A stretch of 64,000 nt of DNA from Gammaproteobacteria bacterium (GTDB lineage: Bacteria > Bacteroidota > Bacteroidia > Flavobacteriales_D > JABDKJ01), in NCBI GenBank assembly GCA_047638815.1, contig JBLIMR010000002.1, positions 168,945-232,944 of the forward strand, in the 5' to 3' direction. The notes under the pieces were generated by a model. It saw only the letters and a list, made by a program, of their open reading frames with translations, searched no databases and was not told the DNA's origin. Both the position numbers and the translations under genes were made by a program. Positions 60,446 through 64,000 of the stretch are shown here, piece by piece (the first letter of the stretch is position 1; each line of letters begins with the position of its first letter).

Positions 60446-60889
60446 GTGGATACACAAAGTTATAAGACATTATCAGGAAAAAAGGAAACTGCTGACAAGA
60501 AGTGGTTAGTACTTGACGCTGAAGGAAAGAAATTGGGTCGTTTAGCTTCTGAAGCTGCGAAACTTCTTAGAGGAAAGCACAAAACGAACTTCACGCCACA
60601 TGCTGATTGTGGGGATTACGTTATCGTAATCAACGCAGAGAAGATTGAGCTAAGTGGTGCAAAATGGACGGATAAGAAATATATTCGTTTCACTGGTTAC
60701 CCGGGAGGTCAAAGAATCATTAGCGCTAACCAATTGATGGCCAAAAAGCCATTTGCAATGGTTGAGAAAGCGATTAAAGGTATGCTTCCTAGCAATACTT
60801 TGGGTGCAGCTATTTACAGAAACTTACACGTTGTTGTGGGACCTGTGCACAAGCACGAAGCACAAAAACCAAAAGAACATAAATTTTAA
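60446..60889 (+). CDS. rplM: 50S ribosomal protein L13 (GTG start)
   Basis: KKWLVLDAEGKKLGRLASEAAKLLRGKHK and GMLP motifs. Confidence 0.95.
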   Translation: MDTQSYKTLSGKKETADKKWLVLDAEGKKLGRLASEAAKLLRGKHKTNFTPHADCGDYVIVINAEKIELSGAKWTDKKYIRFTGYPGGQRIISANQLMAKKPFAMVEKAIKGMLPSNTLGAAIYRNLHVVVGPVHKHEAQKPKEHKF

Positions 60890-60903
60890 ATATACCTCTC
60901 TGC

Positions 60904-61290
60904 ATGGACGTAATTAATAAAATCGGAAGAAGAAAGTCATCAGTAGCGAGAGTATATCTATCTACTGGAAAAGGTAACATGACCATCAACAAAAAAGATG
61001 CGAAAGATTACTTCAAAGTGGACACGCTTCACTACAAATTAAATCAACCATTTATGCTAACAGATACTGAAAAACAGTTTGATGTTAATGTAAACGTGAG
61101 CGGTGGTGGTATCAATGGTCAAGCAGAAGCAATTCGTTTAGGTATCTCTAGAGCGTTAGTTGAACTTGATCCAGAGAACAAACCAAAACTAAAGGCAAAA
61201 GGATTAATGACTCGTGACCCGAGAATGGTTGAGAGAAAGAAACCTGGTCAGAAGAAAGCCCGTAAGAAATTTCAATTTAGCAAGCGTTAA
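60904..61290 (+). CDS. rpsI: 30S ribosomal protein S9
   Basis: GRRKSSVARV start, GGG..GQA..IR.GI.RAL motif and a C-terminal KKARKKFQFSKR. Confidence 0.95.
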   Translation: MDVINKIGRRKSSVARVYLSTGKGNMTINKKDAKDYFKVDTLHYKLNQPFMLTDTEKQFDVNVNVSGGGINGQAEAIRLGISRALVELDPENKPKLKAKGLMTRDPRMVERKKPGQKKARKKFQFSKR

Positions 61291-61383
61291 TATTTTCGCT
61301 GGTTTAGTATCCAAATTGTACAGATTCCTTGTGACTACTGTATGATTGCTATTAATTAGAATGTAAACCTAAATACAATTAAA

Positions 61384-62142
61384 ATGTCAAAACAAATTTT
61401 TGATGAACTTCTAAATGCAGGAGTTCATTTCGGTCACCTAAAGAGAAAGTGGAATCCAAATATGGCACCTTACATCTTCGATGAGAAGAAAGGTATCCAC
61501 ATAATTGATCTTAATAAAACAATAGCGAAGCTTGAAGATGCGCAACGTGTTCTTAAAAACATGGCTTCATCTGGAAAGAAAATATTGTTTGTAGCTACAA
61601 AGAATCAAGCGAAAGATATCGTTACGAAGTATGCTGAGGAAATGAAAATGCCTTACATTACGGAAAGATGGTCTGGAGGTATGTTGACAAACTTTGCTAC
61701 TATTAGAAAGGCAATCAACAAAATGAAAACCATCGACAACATGGGTAACGATGGTACGTTGGAGATTCTTTCAAAAAGAGAGAGGCTTCAAATCACTCGT
61801 ACAAGAGCTAAATTGGAGAAAAACTTTGGGAGTATTGCTGATCTTACAAGATTGCCACATGCAGTCTTTATTGTAGATGTTCATCGTGAGCACATTGCTG
61901 TAAGTGAAGCAAGAAAATTAAACTTGCCAACTTTCGCACTTTGTGATACTAACTCTGATCCAGATCTAATCAATTTCCCTATTCCTGCAAACGATGATGC
62001 TTCAAAGTCTATTGACACTTTGATGAAGTATATTTCTGATGCTGTAAAAGAAGGTTTAGCCGAAAGAGACAAAGTGAAAGCTGAAAGAAAAGGTAAAAGC
62101 GAAAAGAAAGAAGAAACTGTTGAGGCTCCTAAAGCTGAATAA
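61384..62142 (+). CDS. rpsB: 30S ribosomal protein S2
   Basis: LLNAGVHFGH start and a WSGGMLTNF motif, with an acidic/lysine-rich tail. Confidence 0.95.
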   Translation: MSKQIFDELLNAGVHFGHLKRKWNPNMAPYIFDEKKGIHIIDLNKTIAKLEDAQRVLKNMASSGKKILFVATKNQAKDIVTKYAEEMKMPYITERWSGGMLTNFATIRKAINKMKTIDNMGNDGTLEILSKRERLQITRTRAKLEKNFGSIADLTRLPHAVFIVDVHREHIAVSEARKLNLPTFALCDTNSDPDLINFPIPANDDASKSIDTLMKYISDAVKEGLAERDKVKAERKGKSEKKEETVEAPKAE

Positions 62143-62187
62143 TTCGAGACAGTAAAATAAATTTCAAAACAATAAATATATTTCAAG

Positions 62188-63009
62188 ATGGGTATCACTG
62201 CTGCAGATGTAAATAAATTAAGAAAGCAAACTGGTGCTGGAATGATGGATTGCAAGAACGCGCTTGTTGAGGCAAGTGGAGATTTTGACAATGCAATCCA
62301 AATTCTAAGAAAGAAAGGCCAGAAAGTAGCTGCAAAGAGAGGCGATAGAGATGCAACCGAAGGGGCTGTTATTTCTAAGACTTCTTCTGACGGTAAAACA
62401 GGAGTAATCGTAAGATTGAACTGTGAGACAGACTTTGTTGCAAAGAATGATTCTTTTATTGAGTTCGTCACTAAAATAGCAAACATCGCATTAGAAAATA
62501 ATGTGCAATCATTGGACGAGTTGAAAACGATGAAATTTGATGAAATGACTATTTCGGAAAAAATCATTGAGCAAACTGGTGTTATTGGTGAGAAACTTGA
62601 TTTGTCTGCATTTGATAGAATTGAGAGTGAAACAGTATTTGGTTACATTCACCCAGGAAACAGCGTTGCTGCATTGGTTGGATTGAACAAAGAAGGGAGA
62701 GCTGATGAAGCAAAGGACGTTGCTATGCAAGTAGCTGCTATGTCTCCTCTTGCTCTTAATAGAGAAGGTATATCGCAAGATATAATCGACAAAGAAATAG
62801 AATTAGGTAAAGAAATGGCTATCAAGGAAGGTAAGCCAGCTGAGATGGCGGAGAAAATTGCTATGGGAAGATTGAATAAATTTTTCAAAGAGGTTACTCT
62901 TCTAGATCAACAATATATTAAGGACAACAAGAAATCTATTTCACAGTATCTTGAAGAAACTGAAAGTGGATTGACGGTAACTGATTTCAAAAAATTCAGT
63001 TTGTCTTAA
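62188..63009 (+). CDS. tsf: translation elongation factor Ts
   Basis: ITAADVNKLRKQTGAGMMDCKNAL (UBA-like N-terminus) and LLDQQYIKD. Confidence 0.95.
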   Translation: MGITAADVNKLRKQTGAGMMDCKNALVEASGDFDNAIQILRKKGQKVAAKRGDRDATEGAVISKTSSDGKTGVIVRLNCETDFVAKNDSFIEFVTKIANIALENNVQSLDELKTMKFDEMTISEKIIEQTGVIGEKLDLSAFDRIESETVFGYIHPGNSVAALVGLNKEGRADEAKDVAMQVAAMSPLALNREGISQDIIDKEIELGKEMAIKEGKPAEMAEKIAMGRLNKFFKEVTLLDQQYIKDNKKSISQYLEETESGLTVTDFKKFSLS

Positions 63010-63050
63010 TTGTTAAATACAACAGTAATTTAGCAACATACGAAAATGAA

Positions 63051-63078
63051 AAAGAGAGTCAACTGACTCTCTTTTTTT
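63051..63078 (+). terminator. rho-independent terminator after tsf
   Basis: aaaGAGAGTC-aact-GACTCTCttt followed by TTTTTTTA. Confidence 0.8.
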
Positions 63079-63103
63079 ATTTCTACATTTGCCATGAATG
63101 TGA

Positions 63104-63847
63104 TTGAATAGTTCAACTAAAAATCTAAAGGAATTGAAGTATAAAAGAGTGCTGCTTAAACTCAGTGGAGAGTCCTTAATGGGAGCCAAAAGTTTTGGTA
63201 TTGACAATAGCCGATTGGCAAGTTATGCAAAACAGATAAAGGAGGTAGTTGATTTGGGTTTGGAGTTGGCGATCGTGGTCGGTGGAGGTAATATCTTTAG
63301 AGGTATTCAGGCCGAAGAAGGAGGAATGGAAAGAACCCAAGGTGATTATATGGGAATGTTAGCAACCATGATTAACAGTATGGCCTTGCAGGCATCACTT
63401 GAGAAGATTGGGCTCAAAACCAGATTGCAATCCGCAATAGAAATGAAAACGATTGCAGAACCTTTTATTCGAAGAAAGGCCATGAGACACTTGGAAAAAG
63501 GAAGAATAGTAATATTTGGATCTGGAACAGGAAACCCATTTTTCACTACTGATACAGCGGCTTCACTAAGAGCCATTGAAATAGAAGCTGAGGTTATTTT
63601 AAAAGGAACAAGAGTAGATGGCATATACTCTGCTGATCCGATGAAAGATCCGGATGCCGTTAAATACGAGACAGTTTCGTTCAAAGAAGTATTGCGTAAC
63701 GATCTGAAAGTGATGGACATGACGGCTTTCACACTGTGTAATGAAAATAAGTTGCCGATTATTGTGTTTGATATGAATACTCCAGGTAATTTGCGAAAAG
63801 TAATAGAGGGAGCATCAATTGGCACATTAGTTGAAGCCGAAGCTTAA
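63104..63847 (+). CDS. pyrH: UMP kinase
   Basis: [23 protein letters not shown] and [10 protein letters not shown] motifs. No ATG is available; the start is the TTG at 63104 or a downstream TTG. Confidence 0.93.
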   Translation: MNSSTKNLKELKYKRVLLKLSGESLMGAKSFGIDNSRLASYAKQIKEVVDLGLELAIVVGGGNIFRGIQAEEGGMERTQGDYMGMLATMINSMALQASLEKIGLKTRLQSAIEMKTIAEPFIRRKAMRHLEKGRIVIFGSGTGNPFFTTDTAASLRAIEIEAEVILKGTRVDGIYSADPMKDPDAVKYETVSFKEVLRNDLKVMDMTAFTLCNENKLPIIVFDMNTPGNLRKVIEGASIGTLVEAEA

Positions 63848-63860
63848 TAAAATCTAATTT

Positions 63861-64000
63861 ATGACTGAAGAGATAAATCTAATACTGGACATGACCAAAG
63901 AGAATATGGATAGTTCCATGACTCATTTGGATAAAGAGCTACGATCCATTCGTGCAGGTAAGGCCAACCCTAGTATGCTAGAAACTGTTAAAGTTGATTA
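63861..64000 (+). CDS. frr: ribosome recycling factor (3' end outside window)
   Basis: MTEEINLILDMTKENMDSSMTHLDKELRSIRAGKANPSMLETVKVD is a typical Frr N-terminus. The gene follows pyrH. Confidence 0.9.
   Translation, partial: MTEEINLILDMTKENMDSSMTHLDKELRSIRAGKANPSMLETVKVD

Noticed and set aside
61881-62567. 228-aa minus-strand ORF spanning the rpsB 3' end, the intergenic gap and the tsf 5' end
   Set aside because: It is antisense to two highly conserved translation genes. Its Ser/Phe/Leu-rich low-complexity composition is typical of the shadow frame of A/G-rich (Lys/Glu) codons, and it has no recognisable motifs.
63346-63825. 159-aa antisense ORF inside pyrH
   Set aside because: pyrH motifs on the plus strand are unambiguous, and nothing supports the antisense frame.

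Overview
This is a low-GC Bacteroidota (Flavobacteriia-like) chromosomal core region. That placement rests on gliding/T9SS genes (a PorP/SprF-family gene, gldJ, sprA), T9SS C-terminal sorting tails, TTG-N19-20-TAnnTTTG promoters and weak or absent Shine-Dalgarno signals; I cannot name the species. About 60 tightly packed protein genes are present, almost all recognisable housekeeping functions. They include murF, an acyl-CoA dehydrogenase, anmK, an amino-acid dehydrogenase with an NhaD-type antiporter, exbB-exbD-tonB-like, folC, radA, panCD and glmS. Also present are a sufA-like/sufBCDS operon, thiL, lepA, ruvA-sprA-gcvH, three TonB-C-domain paralogues around an M28 peptidase, and rplM-rpsI / rpsB-tsf / pyrH-frr. 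There is one tRNA (anticodon CAT). I recognised no CRISPR array, transposase, integrase, restriction-modification, toxin-antitoxin or known defence genes. The only accessory-looking stretch is about 28.8-39.2 kb. It holds a propeller/Y_Y_Y LytS-type kinase with two LytTR regulators, a poly-acidic lipoprotein and unknown exported proteins. Its most unusual structure is a 146-bp tandem array that reiterates the tRNA's last 17 nt plus its terminator (2.6 near-identical units and one decayed unit). This array sits next to an ORF that is only a T9SS sorting domain and next to an intrinsic terminator with no gene in front of it. I found no convincing novel multi-gene system. All functional calls come from motif recognition by eye; no searches were run.
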